Origin: Elusimicrobia bacterium GWB2_63_22
GTDB lineage: Bacteria; Elusimicrobiota; Elusimicrobia; Elusimicrobiales; UBA9959
Assembly: GCA_001799735.1 (NCBI GenBank)
Contig: MGUA01000020.1
Span: forward strand, 7,572-71,571
Length of the DNA: 64,000 nucleotides
Direction: 5' to 3'
The translations under genes and the position numbers were made by a program. Below the pieces are notes generated by a model. It did not search any database, had not been told where the DNA came from, and saw only the letters and a program-made list of their open reading frames with translations. Below, piece by piece: positions 51,816-60,145 of the stretch (the first letter of the stretch is position 1; every line of letters starts with the position of its first letter).

Positions 51816-52994
51816 CTAGCGCTCGACGCAGATGGCGATACCCATGCCGCCGCCGATGCAGAGGGTGGCGAGGCCCTTCTTTACGTTGCGCTTCTTCATC
51901 TCGTGCAGCAGGGTCACCAGGATGCGCGCGCCCGAGGCGCCCACGGGGTGGCCCAGGGCCACCGCGCCGCCGTTGACGTTGACGATGTCCTTGTTGAAGC
52001 CCAGTTCCTTGGCCACGGAGAGCGACTGCGCCGCGAAGGCCTCGTTGGCTTCTATCAGCTCAACATCCTTCAGCTCCCAACCGGCCTTCTTGAGCGCCTT
52101 GCGTACGGCTTCGGCCGGGCCTATGCCCATGACGGACGGGTCCACGCCGGCCCAGGCGTAGGAGACTATCTTCGCCATCGGGGTCAGGTTGTGTTTTTTA
52201 ACCGCGTCGGCGGAGGCTATCAGCAGCGCGGCCGCGCCGTCGTTGATGCCGGAAGCGTTGCCGGCGGTAACCGAGCCGTCCTTTTTGAACGCCGCGCGCA
52301 GCTTGGCCAGGCCCTCGGCGGTCACGCCGGCCTTGGGATATTCGTCTTTGGTGAACATGACAGGGTCGCCCTTGCGCTGCGGGATGGCCACCGGGGCGAT
52401 CTCGTCGGCAAAGCGGCCTTCTTTCAGGGCCTTCTCGGCCTTGTTCTGGGACTCGGCCGCGAACTTATCCTGCTCCTCGCGGGTCAGGTTATACTTGGTC
52501 ACCAGGTTCTCGGCGGTCATGCCCATGTGATAGTTATTGAAGACGTCCCACAGGCCGTCTCCGATCAGGGAGTCGGTCAGCTCGCCGTGGCCCATCTTGT
52601 AGCCGTAGCGGGCTTTCTTGAGCAGGTAGGGGGCATTGGTCATGCTCTCGGTGCCGCCGGCGATTATCATCTCGGCGTCGCCGCACATGATGCTCTGCGC
52701 CGCCGTAGCCACGGCGCGCATGCCGGAACCGCAAAGCATATTCAGGGTCACCGCGGTCTTCTCCACCGGTATGCCGGCGCCTATGGCCACCTGCCGCGCC
52801 ACGCCCTGGCCGAGGCCGGCCTGGTAGATGCTGCCCATCAGCACCTCGTCGATGTCGGCGGGATTCACCTTGGCCCGCTCCATCACCGCTTTGGTCACCA
52901 CTTTCCCCAGCTCCACGGAACTAAAATCGGCCAGAGACCCCCCGAAGCTGCCTATCGCCGTCCTCACGCCGTCCACTATAAAGACTTCTTTCAT
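51816..52994 (-). CDS. Acetyl-CoA C-acetyltransferase (thiolase II)
   Basis: 392 aa with the active-site contexts LNMLCGSGMRAV, NASGINDGAAA, NGGA.ALGHP.GASG and LCIGGG.G. Confidence 0.92.
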   Translation of the reverse strand: MKEVFIVDGVRTAIGSFGGSLADFSSVELGKVVTKAVMERAKVNPADIDEVLMGSIYQAGLGQGVARQVAIGAGIPVEKTAVTLNMLCGSGMRAVATAAQSIMCGDAEMIIAGGTESMTNAPYLLKKARYGYKMGHGELTDSLIGDGLWDVFNNYHMGMTAENLVTKYNLTREEQDKFAAESQNKAEKALKEGRFADEIAPVAIPQRKGDPVMFTKDEYPKAGVTAEGLAKLRAAFKKDGSVTAGNASGINDGAAALLIASADAVKKHNLTPMAKIVSYAWAGVDPSVMGIGPAEAVRKALKKAGWELKDVELIEANEAFAAQSLSVAKELGFNKDIVNVNGGAVALGHPVGASGARILVTLLHEMKKRNVKKGLATLCIGGGMGIAICVER

Positions 52995-53032
52995 TTTATT
53001 CTCCTCCGTCAGGTTAATTTAAAATACTGAAA

Positions 53033-54364
53033 TTACAGATACCCCAGTTTCTCTCCCTGCGCTCTCAAACCCTCGCGGAAATCGGGATGGGCCACGCCGA
53101 TCAGGGCGTTGGCCCGCTCGCGCACGGTGCGGCCGCGCAGCCGCGCTATGCCGAACTCGGTAACCACGATGTCGGTGTTGGCGCGGTGCAGCGTAACCGC
53201 CGTCCCCTCGGCCAGCGCGGGAACTATGCAGGACACGGTCCCCTTCCGGGCGGTAGAGCGGCAGGCGATGATGGACTTGCCGAGACCGTCGTAGGCTTCC
53301 TTGGCGCCCACGGCGGTATCCGTCTGGCCGCCGGTGCCGGAATACTGCACGGGGCCGATGGATTCGCTGGCCACCTGGCCGGTCAGGTCCACGGTGAGGC
53401 AGGTGTTGATGGACACCATGCGGGAATTCCGCCGTATTACGGCGGGGTCGTTAACCCAGGAGCCGCGGCGGAACTCCACGGCGGGATTGTCGTGCAGCCA
53501 GTCGTAAAGCTTGCGCGACCCCATGGCGAAGGTGCAGACGAACTTGTCCTTCAGCAGGGCCTTGCGCTTGTTGGTGATGACGCCGGCCTCGCAAAGTTCC
53601 ATCATCGAGTCCACCATCATCTCGGTGTGGACGCCAAGGTCCTTCTTGCCCTTGAGGGCCAGCGCGCAGGCGTTAGGAATGCCGCCGATGCCGAGCTGTA
53701 TGGTGGAGCCGTCCTCTACGAGCTCCGAGATATAGTTGCCGATGGCCGTCTCGGTGGCGTCGGGGGCGGGCGACGGCAGGGCCGGCACCGGCTGGTCGTG
53801 CTCCACGAACCAGTCCACGTCGCGCATGTGCAGGTGGGTATCGCCGAAAGTGCGCGGCAGGTTGCGGTTCACCTCCAGAATAACGGTATCAGCCGCCTCC
53901 AGGATGTCCTTCTCGTAGGTGATGCCGAGCGAGAGCGAAACAAAGCCCTTGGCGTCGGGCGGGGTGCAGGTGCCGAAGAAAATGTCAGGCTTGCGGGCCT
54001 GCAGGCGGTCCAGCGCGGCGCGGTGCAGCATGTTGGGCACGTATGTAACCGTGCCGGCCCCGGCGGCCAGCGCCTGGCGCGAGCCGGGCGCGTGGAACCA
54101 GCTGGCCAGTTCGAAATGACCTTTCATCTCCGGCAGCATATAGAAATCGTAAGGCTTGAGGGTCAGCACGGAGAATACCCGCGCGTCCTCCACCCTGGGC
54201 GCCGCGGTGTGGAAGGCCGACATGCAGCCCTGCGGCTCGGAGGCGCACTGGGCCACCACTACGTCGTCGCCGCTCTTTATCTTGGCGGCGGCTTCTTCGG
54301 CGGTTATCAGTTTGTCGGCGTAGGCGCTCGCGCGCGTCACCCTGGTCTTTTCAGCCGTCGTCAT
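53033..54364 (-). CDS. Acetyl-CoA hydrolase/transferase family CoA-transferase (4-hydroxybutyrate / butyryl-CoA:acetate type)
   Basis: 443 aa with ...IQLGIGGIPNA..., ...HTEM..D...., SIN....VDL.GQV.SE..G....SG.GGQ.D and VVTE.G.A.L.G. Confidence 0.8.
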   Translation of the reverse strand: MTTAEKTRVTRASAYADKLITAEEAAAKIKSGDDVVVAQCASEPQGCMSAFHTAAPRVEDARVFSVLTLKPYDFYMLPEMKGHFELASWFHAPGSRQALAAGAGTVTYVPNMLHRAALDRLQARKPDIFFGTCTPPDAKGFVSLSLGITYEKDILEAADTVILEVNRNLPRTFGDTHLHMRDVDWFVEHDQPVPALPSPAPDATETAIGNYISELVEDGSTIQLGIGGIPNACALALKGKKDLGVHTEMMVDSMMELCEAGVITNKRKALLKDKFVCTFAMGSRKLYDWLHDNPAVEFRRGSWVNDPAVIRRNSRMVSINTCLTVDLTGQVASESIGPVQYSGTGGQTDTAVGAKEAYDGLGKSIIACRSTARKGTVSCIVPALAEGTAVTLHRANTDIVVTEFGIARLRGRTVRERANALIGVAHPDFREGLRAQGEKLGYL

Positions 54365-54993
54365 GCCTTCCCCCTCAGTATCCCCCGCTTGAAGATGCGG
54401 GCGAACAGCTTTACGGCTTCCGTGTCCGGCAGGCCGTAATGCCCCTTCACCTTGAACAGCTTCTCCATTATGAAATAGTTGGAGTAATTCCAGGTCACCA
54501 TCATCAGGGCGGCCACCGGGTCCACGTCCGGCGCTATCTTTGCCAGGCCCGCCGTACCGCGCGTCTTCAGGGCCTGGGCGTAGCCGGCGCGCATATTGGC
54601 GAACAGCCGGGCCACGTGTTTGGCCTCGAACTCCACCACATCCACATAGATAAGGAGAATATAGGCCGAGAACTTCTCTATGGTGTCGCGGGAGGCGAAA
54701 CCCAGCTCCTCTATATTGTCCGGGAAAGAGGTGGACAGCAGGGCCTTTATCAGCGGCTGGTCGGCCTTGAAGTATTCTTTTTCGTAGGTTTCCAGCAGCG
54801 AGACGAAGATGGCCTCTTTAGTAGGGAAGTAATTATAGATATTGCCCAGCGATACGCCGGCCTCGGAGGCGATATCGCGGGTGGAGGTGCCGTGAAAGCC
54901 CTGCCGGGTAAAAAGTTTGGCCGCGGCGGAGAGGATCCGGTCGAGGTTGGGGGCGCCGCGTGTCCGCCTGGTTTTGGGGGCCGTCTTGGTCAT
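54361..54993 (-). CDS. TetR/AcrR-family transcriptional regulator
   Basis: 210 aa with the N-terminal HTH ILSAAAKLFTRQGFHGTSTRDIASEAGVSLGNIYNYFPTKEAIF. ATGA overlap with the CoA-transferase start. Confidence 0.85.
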   Translation of the reverse strand: MTKTAPKTRRTRGAPNLDRILSAAAKLFTRQGFHGTSTRDIASEAGVSLGNIYNYFPTKEAIFVSLLETYEKEYFKADQPLIKALLSTSFPDNIEELGFASRDTIEKFSAYILLIYVDVVEFEAKHVARLFANMRAGYAQALKTRGTAGLAKIAPDVDPVAALMMVTWNYSNYFIMEKLFKVKGHYGLPDTEAVKLFARIFKRGILRGKA

Positions 54994-55063
54994 ACATGAA
55001 CGAGCGTTCGTTCAGATAAATTTTACCAAACGCCTTGCGCCAGGTCAATACCCGCGCGCGGCC

Positions 55064-55423
55064 TTAAGTTGGTTTAAGGATTTTTTTAATAGTGACAGGC
55101 AGGACCTGGTTGTGAAATTCTTTTTTGACGATATACACGTCAGGGTCGTCGCAGAGGTCCAGCACTGTTTCCGGGTTGGTGGTGGCGAACAGCACCGGCA
55201 CCTTGCTCATAAAGACATTGCGCAGCCGCTCCAGCACGCCCTTCCCGCCCCCGCCAGGCAGCTCCAGGTCCAGGATCACCACGTCGGGCTTTATCTCGCC
55301 GAACTTGGCGACAGCCAGCATGGCGTCGTCCGCGGTATGGATGTCAAAGCCAACCTTGGAAAACAGCTCTTTGTAGCATTCCAGGACATAAAGGTCCTGG
55401 TCCACCGCAAGTATTTTAGTCAT
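55064..55423 (-). CDS. Stand-alone response-regulator receiver domain protein
   Basis: 119 aa with KILAVDQD and the acceptor context DVVILDLELPGGGG. The conserved Lys region is less clear. Confidence 0.7.
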   Translation of the reverse strand: MTKILAVDQDLYVLECYKELFSKVGFDIHTADDAMLAVAKFGEIKPDVVILDLELPGGGGKGVLERLRNVFMSKVPVLFATTNPETVLDLCDDPDVYIVKKEFHNQVLPVTIKKILKPT

Positions 55424-55477
55424 TTACCCCCCCCCAAAAAAAACCGTCGTCCCTGCAACGTAGCGGCATAGCACTGG

Positions 55478-55836
55478 TTATCCGCCGGGGAGGACCGGGA
55501 AGTCCACCCCCTTTCCCCTAACTTTTTCATTATAGTAATTTATTCCGCCTGCGCCTTTTATTTCTTTTATGGTGTAGCGCGCGGCGGTCCTGTCCCCGCT
55601 GTGCGTCACTATCCCCCTGGTCCAGTTGAACCACGGCGCGCTTTTGGGCGAAAACGGCATAACCGCCATCTTGCCGCCGGGGAAGAACTTGAAGCCGCCC
55701 AGGTACAGGTCGCCCTGAAAGCATTACAAACAAAAAAGTTCCCGCTGCCGGGCCAGCCTGTTCACGCTTAAATACGGACAGAGAAGAGCCTGTGCCGCTA
55801 AAGATATAGTCTCCCACCGTGAGCGATGCGGGTCAC
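55478..55836 (-). pseudogene. Decayed coding remnant(s) of unknown family, adjacent to the IS fragment
   Basis: Minus-strand reading gives coding-like stretches in different frames, separated by stops and frameshifts: ...SDYYVEKLEDGRKVQSEIWK*, GDYIFSGTGSSLSVFKREQAG..., and ...GDLYLGGFKFFPGGKMAVMPFSPKSAPWFNWTRGIVTH.... No intact gene. Confidence 0.3.
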
Positions 55837-55916
55837 TTCCAGATTTCGCTCTGAACCTTCCGGCCGTCCTCCAGTTTCTCCACATAGTAATCGCTGGACC
55901 TCGTGCTCAGGTCGCC

Positions 55917-56117
55917 GTGTTCGTGGAGCGGCTGTGGCGTTCGGTCAAGTACGAGGACGTTTTCTTGAAGGGCTACCGGACTATCCCGGAAGCCAGGGAA
56001 GGGTTAAAAAAGCATCTCGAGTTCTACAACAACACCCGGCACCATCAGGGACTGGACTATAAGATGCCGGCAGAGGTTTACTTCGGAGAACCGAGGCTTC
56101 GCCCGGCTATAGCGTAG
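55917..56117 (+). mobile_element. IS3-family transposase C-terminal fragment (remnant)
   Basis: A 66-aa ORF reading FVERLWRSVKYEDVFLKGYRTIPEAREGLKKHLEFYNNTRHHQGLDYKMPAEVY. This is the conserved C-terminal tail of rve/IS3-type OrfB transposases. No catalytic core or OrfA lies upstream. Confidence 0.7.
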
Positions 56118-56172
56118 CCAAAAAATAAAAAAACGACCACCCGGGGCCCGGCGAGTTTCCTGGGCGACAGCG

Positions 56173-56805
56173 TTACAACTCAGGTGGATTTAATTTAAAG
56201 CCGTGATCACTACAAACCGCGGCGTAAACAAGCACGTTCCGCCATGCTTTGCGTGTAAACAGTTTTTTTCTGGCCAGTCCTTCTTTTTTGAATCCGCCGG
56301 CTTCCGCCGTCCTGACGGACGCCAGGTTAACAGGCTCGATATAAGCCTCTATCCGATTAAGCCCCAGCTCCGTAAAGGCCAGCCTGAGGCATGCCTTGAC
56401 GGCTTCTTGGGCGTAACCCCATCCCCAGAAAGGGTTGAAAATCCTGTAAGTGATCTCGGCGCTTTGATAGGCGTCTCTGGTAATGTTCATCAGGCCTATC
56501 CGCCCGATGAGCCTGTTGTCGTTCAGGAAAACACCCCAAAAACAACCGGCGCCGTCGCGCAGCAAGCTCTTATTCGCTTTTAAAATACCCCTGAAGGTTT
56601 TTCTGGTGCGCCCGGCCGGCTTTACCGCCGGCGGAACATCAAATTCACTCCGCGGAGCGGCCATCGCGGCCTGGGATTCCCTCCAGGAACCGAAATCGGA
56701 CGCCCGCAAAGGCCGGATATAAATTCTTTTATTTTTTCCCGCGAGCTTTTCAGGTATCAGATGGGTCATTCTTACCCCCTGTGTAAATAAACTTTGTCGC
56801 GGCAT
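56173..56805 (-). CDS. GNAT-family N-acetyltransferase (RimJ/RimL-like)
   Basis: 210 aa with ...IYIRPLRASD..., IGRIGL......SAEI.Y.I...WGWGYA.EAV...L..AF..L.L.RIEA...P.N..S. Confidence 0.75.
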   Translation of the reverse strand: MPRQSLFTQGVRMTHLIPEKLAGKNKRIYIRPLRASDFGSWRESQAAMAAPRSEFDVPPAVKPAGRTRKTFRGILKANKSLLRDGAGCFWGVFLNDNRLIGRIGLMNITRDAYQSAEITYRIFNPFWGWGYAQEAVKACLRLAFTELGLNRIEAYIEPVNLASVRTAEAGGFKKEGLARKKLFTRKAWRNVLVYAAVCSDHGFKLNPPEL

Positions 56806-56872
56806 GAACGCACCTCTTCGCCTTAAAGCCCGGGAGCATGCCCTTATTTTCAGCCGAGGGCACTCCTCCGTT

Positions 56873-57577
56873 TTACTCCAGTGTCCGTGGATTTTGACCA
56901 GCGGCCTCCCCCGTCGGCCGCCGGCTTTGCTCGGCGTATCTTTTTGCCAGCCCCACCAATTGGGAACAGACTTTCGACAAAAGATGATTATACGGCCGGT
57001 TCGCGGTCAGGATAGAGCCGAACTGCCGCGTGTAGGTTCCCGCCGCTACGTCGTCAGAGGCCGTTCCCGGGAACTGCCGCAGCGTGGCGCCGTGCAGAGA
57101 GCCCGCGGCGGCATCGATGCAGGGCATGGTATTGGTAAACACCACCTTTATATCTCCGTTCATGGAAACGGTTTCCGAGGATACCCCGAGAGGCGCGGGG
57201 GAACTTCCCAGCGGCAGCACCAGCGGGCGGCCGGGCAGCTTTTGGTCGTCACTGCCGGCGATAGCCGCGGCATTCGCCACAGTCACGCAGACCCCGGCTA
57301 ATTCCCGTTTAAACGCCGTGTCAAACAAGACCGCCTTCCGGGCGTCTTTTGTGTAGCGCTTTATGGCTCCGGCATTTTCCGGCTTATCCGGCAGGTAATA
57401 GTTGCGCGCCGCGTGGCCCATGGCCTCTATAACGACGTCAACCACCTGATCGATATCATACCCGTCCAGAGAAGCGGCACTGGGACCCACGGGCTTTATA
57501 GCCTCACCCCTTTCCGCCCAGGCGTCGCCGCCGAGAAGCCCGAAGGCCAGAACCGCCGCCATAAAATATTTTTTCAT
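56873..57577 (-). CDS. Hypothetical exported protein
   Basis: ORF-track entry 56873..57598, trimmed to Met8 (MKKYFMAAVLAFGLLGGDAWA signal peptide). No family recognised. Confidence 0.5.
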   Translation of the reverse strand: MKKYFMAAVLAFGLLGGDAWAERGEAIKPVGPSAASLDGYDIDQVVDVVIEAMGHAARNYYLPDKPENAGAIKRYTKDARKAVLFDTAFKRELAGVCVTVANAAAIAGSDDQKLPGRPLVLPLGSSPAPLGVSSETVSMNGDIKVVFTNTMPCIDAAAGSLHGATLRQFPGTASDDVAAGTYTRQFGSILTANRPYNHLLSKVCSQLVGLAKRYAEQSRRPTGEAAGQNPRTLE

Positions 57578-57598
57578 ATTAACACCCCCCCGCCCCAT

Positions 57599-58138
57599 TC
57601 AAGTCGCGTCCCGGCACGCCGGCAGTTTTTTGGCCAGCCTGAGCTGAAGCGGCACGTATCCGGAATCCCTGAACAGCGCTTGCCCTTGCTCGTTCCCGCT
57701 CCAGACCGTCAATTCCATCACACTTATCTTATTCTCCGCGGCCCAGGCCTCGAGCCGCTGCATCAAAGACCGGGCGACGCCGCGTCTACGGTATTTTACC
57801 TCCACGTATATATAGACGAGGCTCACGAAAGGAGCCGTTAAAAGGTCATCGGAGTATTTTTCGATACAGCCGGTGATGAATCCAGCCAGGCCGCCCGCCT
57901 GCGTCCGGGCGACCAGCGTTAACTGGTTCCTGTCCTTCAATTCCCCGATAATGCGGCGCTTTTCATCGTCCGGAACGTCGGGGCCGTTAAGGGCGGCCCC
58001 AAAACCCCGCGGACTTAGCTTGTACATCAGCTTACGCGCCTTTATAAATAGAGCGGCAAGTTCCTCCGCATCAGTTTTTCTCGCAGGGCCTATGACAATC
58101 TTCATAAAAATCCACCTTCCTGTTTTCCACACCCTCAA
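57599..58138 (-). CDS. GNAT-family N-acetyltransferase
   Basis: 179 aa in the track. It has the acetyl-CoA-binding context YIYVEVKYRRRGVARSLMQRLE. The likely real start is the internal Met (MKIVIGPARKTD, about 58105). Confidence 0.7.
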   Translation of the reverse strand: MRVWKTGRWIFMKIVIGPARKTDAEELAALFIKARKLMYKLSPRGFGAALNGPDVPDDEKRRIIGELKDRNQLTLVARTQAGGLAGFITGCIEKYSDDLLTAPFVSLVYIYVEVKYRRRGVARSLMQRLEAWAAENKISVMELTVWSGNEQGQALFRDSGYVPLQLRLAKKLPACRDAT

Positions 58139-58333
58139 AGGAAACCTGCGGACCTCCCCGGCACAGCTTCCTTTGTTCTATTAATAGTTTACCAGACCAT
58201 GCGCCGCGGCACATGAGGCCCAGGACCCGGCCGAAAAGTTTTTAGACTTAGGAGGAAAAACCGCACTAAAACGGCCCTTCCGCGCAGGATTCCCGCGTTA
58301 TTGCCCGCGGAGCGCGTGCAGTTCCTGGGGCGC

Positions 58334-58516
58334 TCAGGGGACAGCATACTTATCGGTTGCCCTCTTTTCCCACCTTCCGCACAGGTGCCGGACCTGCCTG
58401 TCGCTGCGGCCCAGGATCTGGGCGGCCTCGGCCTGCGTAATCCTGGAGCCTATGGCGTTCTGTATCACTTTAAGTTTGTCTATTTCCCGGTTGCTTATTG
58501 CTAAATAACCCTCCAT
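58334..58516 (-). pseudogene. N-terminal HTH fragment of an IS481/ISNCY-like transposase
   Basis: 60 aa reading ISNREIDKLKVIQNAIGSRITQAEAAQILGRSDRQVRHLCGRWEK. This resembles the N-terminal HTH of this transposase type. It is truncated before any catalytic domain. Confidence 0.45.
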
Positions 58517-58673
58517 CGTGCCTCCGATTTAAACAGCCCGATCTCCGGGAGAGATAACCGGCGACCGCAGGAAGCGCGCCCTGATTCCGCATGAACTGCT
58601 TAGGCCGGTTAGGACTGAACTTTTTTCCATGCGCCGGCACTAACCGTTGAAGACTTAGTGTATGTGAGGTGCT

Positions 58674-58994
58674 ATGGAGAGAAGAAAATTATACGCGGCG
58701 TGGGGCGCGGCCCTGTGCCTCTGCATCCCGGCGGCCGTCTGGGCGCTGCGCCAGGGCGGCACCGGGGCGTTGCGCTGCCCGGACCCCGCCAATCCCATCT
58801 GCGGGCTCTACGCCGTCTGCCGACCCATCCTTGACGGCTACCCGGAAGCGGAAATCACCGCCGAGGGCAAGGACTGCACGCTGACCGTGGAGTCCAGCCA
58901 GCTCATCATCCGCAGGAAGAGGGTAGACGGCGCCGCTGGCTATTATTTCTACGCTCGCCGCCGGCCGGCCGGCGGCGAGCACCCGTACCGCTGA
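58674..58994 (+). CDS. Small hypothetical exported protein
   Basis: 106 aa with a signal-like N-terminus and 6 Cys. High third-position GC in this frame supports coding. No family recognised. Confidence 0.4.
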   Translation: MERRKLYAAWGAALCLCIPAAVWALRQGGTGALRCPDPANPICGLYAVCRPILDGYPEAEITAEGKDCTLTVESSQLIIRRKRVDGAAGYYFYARRRPAGGEHPYR

Positions 58995-59030
58995 AGCGCG
59001 GTAAAACTATATAATTATTTACCGCGATTT

Positions 59031-59624
59031 ATGGAATACACGGACAAGAACGGACTTGCCGGGCTGGAAAAGGCCCTGGTCGCGCGCTTTCAGGGCGGCG
59101 ACACGGCGGCTTTCTCCGGCTTGGCCGATCTCTACAAGGACCGGTTGCACCAGTTCATCCTCTGTCTTCTGGGGCCGGACCGCGAGGCGGAAGACATTGC
59201 GCAGGAGGCCTTCGTCCAGATCTACAAGTCCCTGCCCTCCTTCAGGGGAACGTCCGGCTTCGGCACCTGGGCCTATGCCGTCACCCGCAACGTCTGCCGC
59301 CGCAGGCTCCGCGAACGCGGCCGGGACGCCGTCCTTTTCACTGAAGAGCGGGAGACGGCGGCGGACGACGTTCCCCAGTCCGGCCCCACCCAGGAACTGG
59401 CGCTGGAATCCGCCGAGACCAGGGCGCTCATCCGCGCCGAGATAGCAGCCCTCTCACCGGTGCACAGGTCCGTCATTTTTCTGAGCTGTTGGGAGCGGCT
59501 CTCTTACGCGGAGATGGCCGAAGCCCTGGAGATACCCGTGGGCACGGTGCGCTCGCGGCTGCATAACGCCCTGGCGGCCCTGGCGGCGCGGCTGAAAGTC
59601 CTGGCGGAGGAAGAAAAAATATGA
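59031..59624 (+). CDS. ECF-type RNA polymerase sigma-70 factor
   Basis: 197 aa with region 2 (DAEDIAQEAFVQIYKSL..F.....F.TWAY.V.RN) and region 4 (LS...R.V..L..WE.LSY.EMAE.L.IPVGTVRSRL). Confidence 0.88.
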   Translation: MEYTDKNGLAGLEKALVARFQGGDTAAFSGLADLYKDRLHQFILCLLGPDREAEDIAQEAFVQIYKSLPSFRGTSGFGTWAYAVTRNVCRRRLRERGRDAVLFTEERETAADDVPQSGPTQELALESAETRALIRAEIAALSPVHRSVIFLSCWERLSYAEMAEALEIPVGTVRSRLHNALAALAARLKVLAEEEKI

Positions 59625-60100
59625 ACTGCCTTACAAACGCGGAGCTGCTGGACCGGCTTTTTGGCGAAGCTGCTCCGGAGAGCAGCAAAGAGACGCACCT
59701 CGCAGCCTGCCCCGCCTGCCGGGGGAGGCTGGCCGCCCTCAAGGCCGCCACTGCTGCCGCCTCTTCCGTCCAACCGACGCCGGTCTCGGAGGATTTTACC
59801 GCCAGGCTGATGGCCAGGATCGGGGAGGAAGCCGCGCCCGCGCGGGCCCGGCTCGGCGCTGGGTTCCTGGACCGGCTGCGGCCGCGCGAGCTGGCTTTCG
59901 CGGCCGGCGCGCTGGCCCTGCTGACCTTCGTCTATTTCAAGGCCGGCGGCGGCCCCGCAGAGCGGGCGCAGGTGCTGCTGGTTATGACCGACGGCCCGGC
60001 CACGCCTGCGGCGATAGCCGCGCCGCCCTCCCCCTCCGCGGCTGGCCCGGACGGGGTGCTTCTTTCGGATTTCTGCGTGACGGCCAGGTGCGGATTGTGA
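59621..60100 (+). CDS. Anti-sigma factor (zf-HC2 type) with one TM segment
   Basis: 159 aa with HLAACPACRGRL (H-x3-C-x2-C) near the N-terminus and a hydrophobic helix (LAFAAGALALLTFVYF). ATGA overlap with the sigma gene. Confidence 0.75.
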   Translation: MNCLTNAELLDRLFGEAAPESSKETHLAACPACRGRLAALKAATAAASSVQPTPVSEDFTARLMARIGEEAAPARARLGAGFLDRLRPRELAFAAGALALLTFVYFKAGGGPAERAQVLLVMTDGPATPAAIAAPPSPSAAGPDGVLLSDFCVTARCGL

Positions 60101-60145
60101 ACTTTTTCCGGAGCTCCGCCACTAACGGCTGATGGTTGCTTACGA

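Noticed and set aside
58070-58110. Apparent 1-nt frame discontinuity in the GNAT gene at a T-run near 58075..58081 (possible frameshift or pseudogene)
   Set aside because: The supplied ORF track reads straight through 57599..58138, and flanking ORF coordinates are self-consistent. I attribute the discrepancy to my hand counting of a homopolymer run rather than to a real frameshift.
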